A stretch of DNA of 64,000 bases from the human T2T-CHM13v2.0 reference genome, Homo sapiens (GCF_009914755.1 NC_060926.1), one strand, 5' to 3'. Positions 18,690 to 35,358 are shown, counted from the stretch's first letter. Numbers and translations: made by a program. The notes: generated by a model from the sequence alone, not told the origin.

Positions 18690-20500
18690 TTTTTAAAATA
18701 TGTCTGCTAGATATCAAAATGAGTGCATGGGATTTGATATATGTACATAGGTAGGCATAGAAATAGATAGAGATGCTCAAGGATATGTGTATGTGCACAT
18801 ATGAATATGTGTGCATGTATATACATGTATCCATTTCCCAACTCTGTCTTTTAAGAGGATATAGAAACAATATCACCCCAGTAACAATAAACACCCTAGT
18901 GCCCACATCTTGATTTCTCCATATCATTTTCTGCTAGAAGGAACCCTGGTCTCCTTGGAAAAATGGATGATTCCAAGGCTTGGACAGGGAATACACAAGA
19001 TGAGTCTGACATATCTCATGTTGAAAAGTAACAAACTACTCAAAGAATAATGACAGCATGTCAAAAGGACACAAGAACCAACTTAAAGGGCTCCCACTCA
19101 CCAAATCTAGGGCAACCTAAATATCATGATAAGTATGGATACCCTCAGTTCACTGAGAGATTTGAGGTCAGGGACAGTCTTAGAAGACAATAGAAAACAG
19201 TGTTCTGAGTGTTGCCCCTAGAATGAGCATTGTGTTAATATCATAGAAATGGGACACATGTGTCCCAAGGTCCCATACCTGGAATGTAAAAATAGTATCC
19301 ATTAACAGCATCAAGTAAAAGATTATAACCTATTATAAAAACTAGAAACCCGGGCTGGGCATGGTGACTCAAGCCTGTAAATCTCAGCACTTTGGGAGGC
19401 TGAGGCGGGAAGTCTGTTTGAGCCCAGGAGCTTGAGACCAGCCTGGACAACATAGGGAGGCCCCGTCTCTACAAAAAAAAAAAATAATAAAATTACCTGG
19501 GCATGGTGGCATATGCCTGTGGTCCCAGCTACTTGGGAGGCTGAGGTGGGAGGATCACTTCAGCCTTGGAGTCAAGGTTGCAGTGATCTGTGATCATGCC
19601 ACTGCTCTCCAGCCTAGACAACAGAGTGAGACCCTGTCTCAAAAACAAACAGAAAACTAGAAAACCAAGATTCTATGCCGATGTCAATAATATAAACAAG
19701 TGTTCTTCCTTACAGTAGAAAACCAACAATACATTTAGAAAGATTACAGAATTTTTTTAAAAAACACGATTTGACAACCACAGTAATAACTGATTCAGGG
19801 AAGGGCTACTAATAAATGCTAAAACCAATGGATGCAAGTTTGAGAAATAATAGGATATCTTCATAGTCTCAAAGTATTTCTCCAAAGGAAATACATATTA
19901 ATTATAAAGAGTAAAACGGTGGACAGCACCGTAACCCCATGAACAAAGTTAACATTGCTAGTAATGGGGCTAATTAATAGCACCTGCCCCTCATGCCTTG
20001 AGCTACAGGAGCTCAGCATGGCATCAGTGATATTCCTGCCCAACATGCATAACAGAATCTAATCATGGAAAAGCACCAAAAAACCGAAGTTGAAGGACAA
20101 TTATACCAAGTAACTGGCCAGGTAATCTTCACAAAGGTCTGTGTCAAGAAAGACAAAGCAGCAGAAACTTTCAAATTACAGGGGACAGCTAAATGCAACA
20201 CATGGTCTTGGATTGTTTTGTTATAAAGGACATTATTGTGAAGTCTGAATAAAGTCTGTAGATGAGATGAGAGAATTCCCTGTTTTTAGGAAATATGCAA
20301 CAAAATATTCAAGAGTAAATGGGCATCACACCTTAGATGACTCAGAAGAAAAAGGGAAGAACAGAGATAAGTGATACAGTGAAACCCTGATGTTTGGGGG
20401 ATCTGGGTAAACAATGTTTAGAAATTCTTTGTACCGTGTTGCAAGGTTTCTGTGAGTCTGAAACTATGTGAGAACAAGTGTTTTAAAATAAAGCATAAAA
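18690..20500 (+). mobile_element. Old L1M (L1MC-like) 3' fragments
   Basis: Motifs CTAATCATGGAAAAGCACC, CTAAATGCAACAC..GGATTG and AAATTCTTTGTACCGTGTTGCAA resemble L1MC 3' UTR. Confidence 0.6.
19353..19650 (+). mobile_element. AluJ
   Basis: Dimeric Alu; TSD AAAACTAGAAA on both sides. Confidence 0.92.
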
Positions 20501-20879
20501 TGTAAAACATCTCTTCTGCAAATTCTTTGGCACTCCTCCCATGAAGAGGTAAAGTCTAATCACCTCCCCTTGAATATGATTTGGACGTAATGACTCATTT
20601 CTAACCAATGAATATGGTGTATGGATGCCTAATTATAAAAGAAGATTCAGCATGTATCAGAACAAGGAAGTTCTGGGGCATGTGTTTTGTGTAATTCACG
20701 CTCTGTGTGGTTCATGTGCCCATTGCTCAGATAAAGAAGCTGGAGCTCAGAAAGGTGCCCAAATTCAGAAGACTAATAAATGGTGGAGCCAAACTTCAAA
20801 CTTAGGGCACTGGAGCCTCCAATCCCAGGCAGGTGGCCTTGTGGACGGGGAGCTGGGACCTGGAGTCTGCCTGCCTGGC

Positions 20880-21084
20880 CAAGGCCTCTCGAGTGCTGCA
20901 ACATGGGTATTTGGAGCCAGATAATTCTCTGTGCACCATAAGTTGTTTAGCAACATCTTTGGCCTCTACCCAGAAGATGGCAGGAGCACCTGACACCCAG
21001 CTGTGACAACCAAAAATGTCTCCAGACATTGCCAAATATCTGTGGGGGTGCAGGGTGCAAAGTTCCCTCATTTAAGAACCACTG
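20880..21084. mobile_element. MER20 hAT DNA transposon
   Basis: GCCAGATAATTCT..GGCCTCTACCCA..GTGACAACCAAAAATGTCTCCAGACATTGCCAAAT..AGAACCACTG. Confidence 0.8.
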
Positions 21085-21469
21085 ACCTAGGGTGGTTCCA
21101 CTACTTACTTTTCACATGACCTTGGACAAACAACCTTGTCCTCAAGGTCCTCTGTGCCCCCATGTCCTCACCTGTAAAATGGAAAAATAATAACATGTGA
21201 GGTTAATGTGAGGAATAAATAAGAATCCAGGAAAGCAATTGGCCCATCATGTAAGAGCTACTTTGCCCATAACCCTAGGGTGCCTTCCCTCCAAACACAA
21301 AGCTGTGCACAGAGGAGGTACACAGTGAAGATCTGCTGTTGTATAGCTGTGGGGATGAATCAATTAACCATTTCAGTAATAAATGAACAAAAAACTGAAT
21401 GTCCTGATCTGTGCACTAGTGCATTTGCTGACTGAAGATATCCTGGCATCCTCTCTCACCATCAAAGAG

Positions 21470-22180
21470 CAGTTAGGATTAAAGACTCCACAGCCAGGCT
21501 ACCTGGGTTCAAGTTGAGCTCTGCCACTCAGGAGCTATGTGACCACAGGCTGGTTATTTAGCCTGCCAATGCCTTCATTTCCTTATCTGTAAAATGGGGT
21601 AATAAAAGTGCTTACCTCACAGGGCAGTGAGAGTGAAATGAATTAATACATGTATTTTACCCAGCACAGGCTGGGTCTCCATCATGCCTGCTGCAATTGC
21701 TGCTACAGCAATTAACATTAATCCTATCACACTCCTCTTTTATAGCCCTCCAGCCACACTCCTCCAAGGGTGCCAAGAACAATCCCATTTCCAAGCCTTT
21801 GCACTTGCCACTCCCTCTGCCTGGATTGCTCTCCTTCCCAGACATTAGCAGCCCTCCAATCCTTACTTCATCAAGGTCTCTCTTCATGTGGCTCTTTGGA
21901 AAGTCCTCCCCTGACCACCATAAATAAAACAGCAGCTTCACCACCCTACTCACCCTGGGCTTTTTGCAACATAGCAATTACCCCTGCCTGGCATTATCTA
22001 TCCTGGTCAGTACAGCACAGTGCAATGCAGTGCAGTATAGTACAGATCTCTTTATTGGCTTATCTCTCCCCCAGCTCACATAAATGTTCCAAGAGAGCAG
22101 AGAATTTGATTGACAACTATATTCCCAGCATCTAGAACAATGCCTAGAGCATAGTACGTAATTATAATGAATGGTGAGTG
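21470..22180. mobile_element. MIR followed by L2 fragments
   Basis: MIR core TTTCCTTATCTGTAAAATGGGGTAATAA; L2-like CCTTTGCACTTGCCACTCCCTCTGCCTGGA and CCCAGCATCTAGAACAATGCCT. Confidence 0.6.
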
Positions 22181-24381
22181 ATATTTTACAGAAGGAAATT
22201 CCAAAGTCCTCACATAACCCATTTTCCATAACACAGAACTTATTTAAACTGGAGCCTAGAACAGTGTTTTTCACAAAAGATTTTGCTTATAGCAACCCGT
22301 GCTTTAGAACAGAATATTGTAAAGACTTCCAGATCAGTTAGATTTGAGTTTCTCAAGTAGTGACTGTGGACTCCAGTGAAACAGTAACAGGAATTCCACC
22401 AAACAAGGTTCACAAAGTGAATGGCATTGGGAAATAATACAGAATCTTCTCGCACTGGAGGATGCATCATGCACAGGAGAAGCTCTAAGAAGTCCTATCG
22501 AGAAAACAGGTGTTGAACCTGGGTTTGCTGAACTTATTTCACCAGAGACCCCATCCATTAACATCTGCATCACAAAGCACAATTGGGTAAACAGTGATCC
22601 AGCTGAAGTCTTTCCATTTACAGACACAGACAGAAAATGAGGCCCAGAAAGGTTAATTGACTCACTCAAGGTCATGCGACCATCTCCTGAATCGTAGAGC
22701 TGTGTGCTTTTCACTGCCCCTAATGTTGCCTAATGGTTCACTTAGCTATCCATTCACAGGAGGTCAGAAACTGAACACGGGCCTCAGATTCCAGTATCAT
22801 TTTGACTAAATTATATATAAAAATTGATGTACCGAATAGGATTTGCTTTCAATATCACTATTCCAGAAATAGTCATTCATTCAACAAATATTTATTAAGT
22901 ACGATGTGCCAGGAGCTGCACATTTTGCAGTGATCAAGATATGGCTGCACAGAAGACTGACAATAAAATTAGCCTTAGAGAGATCAAAATTGATTGAACT
23001 GTCCTTGATAAAACTGCTTCAAATCAGGGACTTGCAAGAAATTGCATATTCACATTTCATTTGCTTCCATTAATAGTGCTCATATTTAGATCTGATGGTA
23101 ATAATATGCTCTCAACTGGTGTGGGTCTGGAATAAAACACTCCCCTTGACTGTGCACACTGCAGAGAGGAAAAACAAAATGATTGGAGTCAGTTGGGCTT
23201 TTCTATTGAGCACCTCGACCTACAGATTTTCCAATTTCAAGTTCATTCACATTTCATCTCTGGCTTCTACATTTTAGTTAAAAAGCATTTCTCTATTTGC
23301 TATTGTCCACTAAGGAAAATGCCTATTTAAAAATAGGTTTCTTTTTTAAAGCATCTTGATTCACACATTTCAAAGCCCTTCAGAAAACAGGATTTCTCAA
23401 AAGCCAGGTGATTCTAAAACATGCTACAGATTTCAGATGGAGAAAGATTCAAGATATTATTCTACATGATCTTTTCAATGAACTGATCGCATCTGTCTAG
23501 GAATAAGGAGAGTTGTCTTTTGTTACTTCAAGAAAGATTCCAAATGAAAAAAAAAATCTGGGCTTGAGAAGATCTAATGCCATGCCATTGAAGCCAGGTT
23601 TCAGCACAGACCCAACATGTGTATAAGTAATAAAAAGAAACCTGAGAAAACAGAAGCTCCTCAAGGTCCTTTGCCCTGGTGTATCTTTAAGGCCAAACTG
23701 TAAAGAGAATAAGCATGTACTTCCAGACCCAGCAAATGTCTTCTTTGCATTTTAAGGATGCACTCATCCTTTCTTCAGAAGCAATCCTGAAACCCAGTGT
23801 AGCAAAGCAAAGATAGTCACCACATAATACAAATAATCTGTGTTTATTAGATACCAGAATAAATCAGGGAGACTTCTTAAGCTATGGTAAAGAGACCCCC
23901 ACCAGCACAGAGAGAAGAAATGACACAAGCACAAAGCCACGGGAATCCAGACCCAGGAAAGCTGTGCTCCCACCACATCACTGCACACACACAAAACCTG
24001 CTGTTTAAAAATCAATTCAAACACAAACAAGTGACTGAAAAAGCCATTTGTTTAAAAAGGGAGGGGAGAGCATATTTTTTAAGGACCAAGTATCATTTTT
24101 TTTTTTTTTTTTTTAAGGAGCCAGCACCATACTCTCTTCTCTCACAGGATCATTGTTCCATCTCTGGTAGGCTGGGTACATTTGACTGAGTTTATTGCAA
24201 CTGCTTCTGCCAATTCTTTGAACTACCAATCAATGGGGTGAGGTTTCTAAGCACACCAGCTACTACACAGAAACACATGATAAAGGGAGCAGTACTGGAA
24301 AGGCATGTATTTGCTTGTGTGTGCATGCTTGTCAATGTCTGTGTGGTTATGCAGATCCATGAGGGGGTTTCTTAATGCAGT

Positions 24382-25825
24382 TTAATGGAATCCATTTGGG
24401 GTGAAAGGCGTTATTTTGTCTAAAGAAATCTCCCCCTCGCAGTCCAGCTCTCAGACAGACTCTGCAACAGGGTCACCATCTGGGGATGTCTGATAGATCT
24501 GGGACATGCGATCGAAAGGACTCTCCTCCTCCTCATCGTTGTCCACCTCTTGGTCCCCGGGGGGAACGGCGTTGGGCATCATGTGGATGCAGGCAGCTGC
24601 GATTTCCTTGTGGAAGACCATGTCTTGGTTGTAGGAGATGAGCTCATTGCTGATGTTCACCGTCTCCACCGGCGTGCGGGAGCAGACGTGGCTGCACCCC
24701 AGCAGCTGGGCAAACACCTTCCAGAAGTCGGCGTTGAAGGCATAGTGACTGGGTTGAGTGAGGAGTTGGCCCAGCAGAACCAGATGAAGACATCGAATGT
24801 GGTCTCACTGACGCAGGGGAAGCCGGCCGGAGGGCCTTTGGGGTGTCCACTGCGGAAAGGGACCATGCAGTTAAGGATGAAGAAGGGCAGCCAGCAACAC
24901 ACGAAGACCCCCATGATCACTGACAGGGGCTTGAGAACCTTGGTCTCCTTCTTGATGGAAAACCGCAGGCTGGTGTCGGGCGTGCAGCCTGCGCTGCTCC
25001 GGCAGCTCTGCACGTGCTCTGCGGCCCTCTCCAAGGAGGAAATCCTGCAGATCTGCACCTGGGCGATGCGGTAGATGTGCGTGTAGGTCACGATCATGAT
25101 GGCCATGGGGATGTAGAAGTTGATGAGCGAGGAAGAGATGGCGTAGGTTCGATTCAGGCTGGAGTCACAGTTCTCTGCCCTCACGTCAGGCTCCCAAACG
25201 GCCTCCTCCCAGGGCGTCCAGTTGGCCAGGTTGTTTGGCAGGTCCAGCCCACCTCAAGAGACCGCCTGGTCCCTGTGCCAGTTGAGCTGGACCGGAATGA
25301 AGGAGATGAGGCTGGACAAGGTCCAGGCCGGGCCGACCATGACCAAGGCCATGCGCTGGGTCATCTTGCGCTCGTAGCGGAAGGGCCTGGAGATGGCCCA
25401 GTAGCGGCCCACGCTGATGACCTGCTGACGCACAGGTTCAGGATGGAGGCGGTGGAGCACATGATGTCGAAGGCCACCCAGACGTCGCAGAACGCTTCAA
25501 AGGGCCAATAACCGGCCACCTCGGCGACTGCCTTCCAGGGCATGACCAGCAGCGCCACGAAGAGGTCTGACACAGCCAGAGACACGATGAAGACGTTGGT
25601 CATCTTGGCGCGCAGGTGGCGGCTCCGCACGATGGCTGCGGACATCAGCACGTTGCCCAGCAAGGTCCAGATGATGAGTAGGGTCAGCAGGCAGGCGGTG
25701 ACCACCTGCACGGGCCCCAGTGGCGGTGCCCCCGCCGAGCCCCCCACGGCGTTCCCCTGCGCCAGCTGCTGGTATAGCGCTAACTGCCCCGGGTACGCGG
25801 TGCCGTTGCTCCTTGGCGGCAGCAT
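24382..25825 (-). pseudogene. DRD5P1: Dopamine receptor D5 pseudogene (duplicated, non-processed); DRD5P1 or its paralog DRD5P2
   Basis: ATG at 25825 ([37 protein letters not shown]..) to the ancestral TAA at 24382-24384 (..EISLDKITPFTPNGFH*). Lesions: 8-bp insertion at 25422-25429 in TM3 (frameshift giving a 154-aa product, stop at 25361); DRY changed to GRY; W to TGA at 25254; 1-bp deletion near 24745 in NPVIY; W to TGA at 24451. P1 versus P2 cannot be proven from the sequence alone. Confidence 0.95.
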
Positions 25826-26530
25826 TTCGGGCTGGGCCGCAGAGTCGGTTTGTGCGCGATCCCAACTACAGCCCTGCGACCCCCAGGCAGCCCCATCGGG
25901 CACCCCGAGGATGCGCCCCCTCAGCCAAGGGACCCTCGAGCCCCAGAGGGCGCTCACCATGAGCTGCGCCGGGTCCCGGAGCGCGCGGGGACTTCTCTTG
26001 CCTCCTGAAGCGCCTCTGGCTCGGTGGCCGTGGTGCGCCCCTCCAGTCTCCGCGATGGGCACAGGAAGCGGCTGGTGCCCGCTGACAGCCAGGGCTGTTC
26101 TCGGGAGTCTGCGGCGCGCCAGATGGCAGCGACAGCGGCTGTGTCTGGTTCGGAGCGAGAGAAGAGAGCAAGCCGCCACTGAGGGGCTGGGGCAGGCAGT
26201 CGCCGGCGCTGGGCTGGCACTGCGGCGCTGCCGCGGTCCCTGGCCGATCCCCGGCCCCGCGTCCCGCCCCCCACGCCTCCGCGCTGGACTCCAGCCCCAC
26301 CTGTGCCTTGGCGCCCTAGCTCACCGCGCTCAGCGCGCCAGAGTGTAGTGGTGATCCCGCAGGTCCCAGGAGCGCCCCAGCGCCAGACCCTAGCCCCGGG
26401 CCGGGGAAAATTCTTCCCGGGAAGACCGAAGGGTGCTTGGCGTAGCCCTGGAGCCCTAGCCCTAGCCACGCTTGGGGAACAAGAGGTGGGGTAGGGATGA
26501 GGACGCGAGGGCTTCCGGAGGGGGAAAGAG
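24950..26530. promoter_or_regulatory. CpG island covering the DRD5 pseudogene 5' region and promoter
   Basis: Dense CpG and GC content, including GC-box-like CCCGCCCC near 26263. Confidence 0.8.
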
Positions 26531-27721
26531 CATTTGAAGTGTAAAGGGGGCGGCCTTGGATTGCCCACAGACCTGAGTCCCAATCCGGACTTTATTCCTG
26601 GCTCTGCAACTTTAAGCGCCCTACATAACTTTACCTGGCCTTGGTTTCCTTCTCCATAGCGTGGGATAATGATTCCTACTCCTAGAACAGTGTCAGAACT
26701 CAGGGAAGCCATCTAGGATGAGGTGTCCAGTAGACAGTGTCTCCTAGGAACAGGCTCCCGCTTCCCCCAGCCCCTCCCTCAACACCATGAGGCTGGGGCT
26801 TCACCTGACCTCTTGGGAGACTGTCCTTTTCCCCACCACCGCCCCCAGTCCTTCAGTGATTTTTCCTTTGGGGAATAATTTGGAATGAACCCAGAAGACA
26901 AGAGGAGGAAGAGAGCCCCCCACCCCCCCACCCCCAGAGAGTTGGAAGCCTCTTCTTTGCAGGGCACTTTTACAGTCTTTCTCTTTTTCAACCTTGAGAG
27001 GGGTGGATACATAGCTCAGTGTTGAACAGAAAAGGAACTGACGGGACCCAAAACCCAGACTGAAAAAAAAAATGATGGAAAACAATAAAGAGGGAAAACA
27101 GTGTTCCTGAGCTCTGAGTGCACCTCCCAGCTGACAAGTTGCATTTGTGAAGTGTTTCGGCCTCTGCTGGCGTTAAGCTCAGCTGAAGGCAGCTGGGAGA
27201 GGAAGGGATGTGACAGCAGCCAGCTGCACAGCTCCGGCTGCGACCTGCTGGCCCAGACACCTGCAGCATGGTGAGGTCTAGTAACAGACTGGACTTTCTC
27301 CTCCCTTCCTAGTCTCCCCCTTCACCAAATGCACTTGCACCCTGGACCAACACCTGCAAGTGGCCCAGCTTCTCAGACTTAGGCTGCTCAGCCTACACAG
27401 TCCCTTCCCCCAACCTCTTTCCCCTTCAGTGCTTTCTGCCACTGGAGAAGGCAAGACCATCTGTCCAGGTGCCTAAACCTGAAACTGAAGAGCCATCCTC
27501 ACCTTCGGTCTCTCCTCATCTTCTAGGAGCTGGACCACTCCTCTGGCCATGGACATCCCTGTCCAGAATTGTGCCTCCTGCACCCTGTTTGAAGGTGGCA
27601 TTCTCCTGGCCTCCAGGCTCTGCCCTGACCCTCTGTCTTCCCAGAGGCAGTGATCTTTCCTGAATGTGACTATGCTCACGTCACTCCCCTGATGAAACAC
27701 CCTCAGTGTGTTTCATGATCA

Positions 27722-28022
<301 letters not shown>

Positions 28023-28611
28023 GCATATCACCCAAATATGAGAAATTCTCCCATATATACATACTTGTATCTAGATGACTAATCTCTGGAAAGTTATAAG
28101 AAAACACTGGTTCTTTCCAAGGAAGGGATGGCCAAAAAGTAGGCTAACTTAACATTGTTCACTCTTTTTAAGACCTTTGTATTTCTTGTATCATACACAG
28201 GTATTGCCTATTCAAAAACAAACCTACAACAGGGAAAGACTGAAAGCTTTTCTTCAATATCTGCTACAAGGCAAGGATGCCTACTCTTAACACTTATATT
28301 CAACATAGTCCTAGCCAGAGCAATCACATAAGAAAAGGAAATAAAAGGCATCAGCAGAAAAAAGGGGGTAAAATTATCCCTGTGTGCAGATGACATGATC
28401 CTGTATGTAGAAACCCCTAAAAATTCCACAGTTACTAGAATAAATGAATTCAGTCAAGTAGCAGGATACAAAATCAATACACAAAAATCAGATGCATTTC
28501 TTTATACAAATAATGATCTGAAAAAAAATCAAGAAAACATTTCCACTTAAAATAACATCAAAAAGAATAAAACACTGAGGAACAAATTTAATGAAGGAAG
28601 TGAAAGCTTTA

Positions 28612-29033
<422 letters not shown>

Positions 29034-30292
29034 CTATCCAAAGTGATCTACAGATTCAATGCAATTCCTATCAAATTTCCAAAGGCATTTTTCACAAAAA
29101 TAGAAAACACAATTCTAAAATTTGTATTAAATCATAAAAGACCCTGAATAGCCAAAAGAATCTTGAGAAAGAAAAACAAAGTAGAAGGTATCACACTACC
29201 TGATTTCAACTTATATTACAAAGTGATAGTTATCAAAACATATGGTACTGGCATAAAAGCAGACACATGGATCAATGGAACTGAATACAGAGCCCAAAAA
29301 TAAACCCAAACATATATTATGAGCTAATTTTTGACAAGTCCAATAAGATACAATAGGGAAAAGATGGTGTCTTCGATAAGTAGTGGTAAGAAAACTAGAT
29401 ATCTATATGCAAAAGAATGAAACTGGACCTGATGCCTATCTTACACATCATACATAAAAAGCAACTCAAATAGATTAAATACCTAACACCTGAAACCATA
29501 AAACTCCTAGAAGGAAATATAGGAGAAAAACTCCTTAATATCCTCCTTGACAATGATTTTTTGGATATCACACCAAAAGCTCAGGTAGCAAAAGCAAAAA
29601 TAAGCAAGTGGGACTACATCAAACAAATAAGCTTCTGCATAGCAATAAAAAAAAAACAAAACGGGGTAAAAAGGTAGCACAGGGATTAGGGGAAAATATT
29701 GGCAAACCACACATCTGATAAGGGGTTAAAATCCAAAACATATAAGGAACTCACACAACTCAGTAGCAAAAAAAAAAAACCCCAAATAACTGGATTTTAA
29801 AATAGGCAAGGACCTGAATAGCCATTTTTCCAAAGTCACACAAATGGTCAAATGGTATATGAAAAGATGCTCAACATCATAATCATGAGGAAAATGAAAA
29901 TCAAAACCACAATAGATATCATCTCGTGTCTCTTAGAATGACTATTAACAAAAAGTCAAAGACATAAGTGTTGGTGAGGATGTGTAGAAAATGAAACCTT
30001 TGTACATGGTTGATAGGAATGTAAATTAGTATAGCCATTATTGAAAACAGTATAGAGTTTCCTTAAAAAAAAAATACAACTACCATAAGATCCAACAGTG
30101 CCTCTGTTGGGCATATATTCAAAGGTAATAAAATCAGCATCTGAGAGAGACATCTGGGTTCCCACGTTCATGGCGGCATTACTCCCAATAGCCAAGACAT
30201 GGAAACAAACTAAGTGTCCTAATGGACAATTTACTTACCCATTCAAGGACAGATGAATGGATAAAGAAATTGTGACATTTGTTTATACATAT

Positions 30293-30500
30293 ATTAAGTC
30301 CTCCCTTAATGTCATCAATAGGTTCTTGGGAACTGAGACGTTAAGCTAAATGAACATACAGCAGGTCCTCAAGTAACACTGTTTCCTTCAATCTAATTTT
30401 GGCATAATGCAAAATGAAAAAAAAATCAGTTTTGTCATACTTTTTTTCCCCTCTTAACCACAGTTTCTAAGAACTTACTGATGACAATGAGGACTTTATA
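30293..30500. mobile_element. TcMar-Tigger-type MITE (MER82-like) nested in the L1
   Basis: Terminal inverted repeats: AAGTCCTCCCTTAATGTCATCAATAGGTTCTT versus AAGAACTTACTGATGACAATGAGGACTT. Confidence 0.65.
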
Positions 30501-31141
30501 CAATGGAATAGTTAGCTTTAAGAAAGGAGATACTGCCATTTGTGACAACATAGATGAACCGGGAGGAAAGTATGCTAAATAAAGTAAGCCAGACACAGAA
30601 AAATACTGTATGATCTCACTTAAGAAGCAGAATGGGAGGCAGGGGGGTGAGAAGCTGAATGTATAGAGAGTAGAATGGTGGTTATCAAGAGTCTGGAGGT
30701 AGGGGATGGGTGGGATGGGCAGAAGTAGGTCGGAGGGTACAAATCTGCAGTTAGGTAAGATGAATAATTCTAGAGATCAAATTAATACACAGCATGAGAA
30801 CCATAGTTAATAATATTGTGTACTGAAAATTTGCTGAAAGAGATTTTAGGTGTACATACACAGAGAGTAACTGTGGAAGGTGAAGGATACAGACATTTGT
30901 TTGACCATAGTAATCATTTCACTGTGTATACAAAGCATGTTGTATACCTCAGATATGTATAATAAAAATAAATGAAAAAAAAAAACAACAAAAAACTGTA
31001 TCCTACCTGCCAAAAACAGTTTCAAATGCATTATGTCTTTGGATTTAGCATGGAATTCACCTTTGCAGGCCCACTTACCTACAACATTATAAATATACCA
31101 GGTGATTCATTGTACTATTCACAGTAAAAGATTGAAAGAAA

Positions 31142-31752
<611 letters not shown>

Positions 31753-34066
31753 TCACTGTTTACCTTTTTATTATTTTCCAATTTTAAATCATTTGAATGT
31801 ATAACTTGTCTAAAAATCAAATTTTAAAAGTTGAGGGAATTAACATTACAGAAAGTAACAAACCTCAAGGAAGCAGCCACCTTCACCAGATGGACAGTCT
31901 ACCTCACTCTTCCCACGCTCCAGTAGTTACTGAATGCCAGTCCCCTCCCTCCATTCAGTCTGCCCCACCTGCTGGCCTTCTAGAGCCTCAGAGCAGTCCT
32001 ATTCCCACACCTCCAAACACATCCATACACTGTGATGGTCGATCTGGGACCACCAGTTGAGAGGAAATGTGTTGTGTTTCCACTCTTCAGACAAACAGAG
32101 TGTTATTTTATTGAGGTTTGGGATTTTTTCTTGCATTAACAGGGTTTCTAGATCCCAGTAGGTGAATGAGAAAGAAGTATGCTTTTATTGCATAAGGAAT
32201 TTGTTTCTGATACACCAAAGTGATGATGTATGACTTTTCTTAAAGAAGTGGTTATTAGAAGAGTTAAAAATCAATAGAAACAAAAAGTCATAGGTATTGT
32301 TCCAATACTCCAGGAACATCACAATTTGGATTCTGTAGATGTGTGTAATATAATGTGTAATATTACATTCTGACAACCTCAAGTTGAAAACTGCACAGCT
32401 GAAGATCACTTATAGTCAATAACACTTTTCAAACTTTAATTTTAAATTCATTAAGTCTCTCCCTAATGTATCGTACTTTTTAATAAAGGAAACTGTCAGA
32501 TACGCTATAATACAGAGGAAAACGTTTATATACTCTTTCATTATAATTTTTCCACAACTTCCAAAATGAAGAAAAAGACATGGAAACATTAAGTTCAGAG
32601 AATAATTGTGGCAGGCAATTCCCTCCTCCTGAAAGTTCAATTACCCCAACACAGGCAAAATTTCTTACTAACTCAAAAGGAACTGAATTCACATATAAAG
32701 ACAAACGTGGGATTCTGTTGAGTTCTGTTGGACACAGAACACAATTGCTCAAGCACTGGTTGGGCACCTGTATTCTAATAGCTCACGATTACTGAGCACT
32801 CCATGTCTGGGAAGAGCCAGTGCTGGGTGCCTGACACGCATCCTTGCACCTCATCAGCACAACTATCCCATGGGCTCATCCTGGTTCTCCTATTTTATAA
32901 AAGAGAACACTAACATCAGAGAAGTTAAAAAATTTGCCTAAAAACATCCAGAGTAGGTTTCATCGTTGCCCACTACTTTATAATGCTTTCCCAAGGGTAC
33001 TGAGACGTTATCAAAACATGTTAGTGAAACAGTCTAAAACATCACAAATTTTAGGTTTAATACAAAATACCCAGAAAAGGACAGCGTTATTAGAAATCTC
33101 AGCATAATGTAATAATAAGAACTTATGATGATTGTATTCTTTTCCTATTTTCTCTCCCGTACAGGCATATGAAATACCTTAAAACTTATTTTAGTGGTGT
33201 GTGTGTACATGTAGTTTCAGGATAATATAGTAATCTAAAACATTTTTAATATGGCAAAGTGTGGCAATACTAAATTTTTAAAAAGGATTTTTATTTAGCA
33301 AACAGAAAGCAAAAATGTTGTCCAAGTAACATGCATTTATTTTATCCCTAGGAATGTACCTTTCCTTCTGCAAAGGATGTGAGATCCTGGCATGTAAATG
33401 AACATGAGGGACTAGTCATGAAAATACTGTATATTCAATTCCTTAAATTCTAAAATTGTCTTAGCATTTAACATCTAACACACTAAACAATCTTTTTTCA
33501 TATTCAATAAAAATAAAGACAAATTCAGTAAATTCAGATGGGCTATTTTATCACATAAATTTTAAAAAAGCAAGGGTAATTTTTCAACTGATTTTCTTTT
33601 ACCGTGATACGAGTCAATGAGAAAATATGAAATTGAAACATATCACCATTTCTCAGTGTTTACAAGTGGTAAGTCACAAGGAAAACCTTCCAAGATCTTC
33701 TGTGTTGTTTTTAAAAGGTATTATAATCACATAATTTGGGAAACAATGTGTACTATTATCAAGAAACCTTTCATATTTTGTGAAATGGAGCACTTCCCAA
33801 ATTTAAGAGACTATGGAAACCTTTTTCAGACATTTTTTAACATCCTCAGAAATGGAAATTCTTGTTAATGCTGATCTGATCAATTCCTCCAAGTATATGG
33901 ACTACTTCTTTGCAAACTCCAAGCCCCCAAATCAAATTACCTGTTCAACTGTACCTGAAAATCAGTTACATACAAACATCAGAAAGTGTTTCTCCCAGCA
34001 ACATAGACCCAAAACATACTACAAAACAAAAATTATCAAGAACATACAAAAGACATATCTTTTCAT

Positions 34067-34418
<352 letters not shown>

Positions 34419-34767
34419 TCACTGATCTACCTGTCATAACTCTTGCACCTAATCATCTACTTATATCATAGGAGAGTGTTCCTCTTAAAATATAAATAAG
34501 ATCATGGTGTTCTTCTTTTCAGGAACATTCAATGGCCTCCCATTCCATTGCTATTAAGCACAAACTACTGACACATCACCTTATGGTTGTGTGAGATATA
34601 CTGAGCCGTCCTTCTTGTCCTCACATCTCTAACCTTCTCACCTTCTGACTGTCCCCTCTGCTCACTCTGTTGGTCTCCACAACACTCTTCAAACATGCTC
34701 AGCACACTCTCACCCAGAGCCTTTACACTGGCTTCCTCACTGTCTGGGGTGCTCTTCTCTCAGGTAA

Positions 34768-35159
<392 letters not shown>

Positions 35160-35358
35160 AGGCAATTCCTCTTTATCAAACTTTATTTTTACCATGGAAC
35201 TTGCCAAACACATTATAATTAACTGATTTTTTTTAAGAGTTGAGTTACCTAACATTAAAATATAAACTCTATGCAGAGAATTCTACCTGCTTTGTACACT
35301 GATATGATTTCCAACATCTGACATACAGTAGGTATTCAATAAATTCTATTGTCTAAAA

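Noticed and set aside
24382-25825. Functional DRD5 gene
   Set aside because: Two frameshifts, two in-frame stops and loss of the DRY motif.
24550-26712. Long overlapping ORFs (174-272 aa) on both strands around DRD5
   Set aside because: They are antisense or off-frame products of GC-rich sequence. Only the DRD5-frame fragments are meaningful, and the N-terminal extension of 25361..26179 starts at a non-ATG codon in 5' flank.
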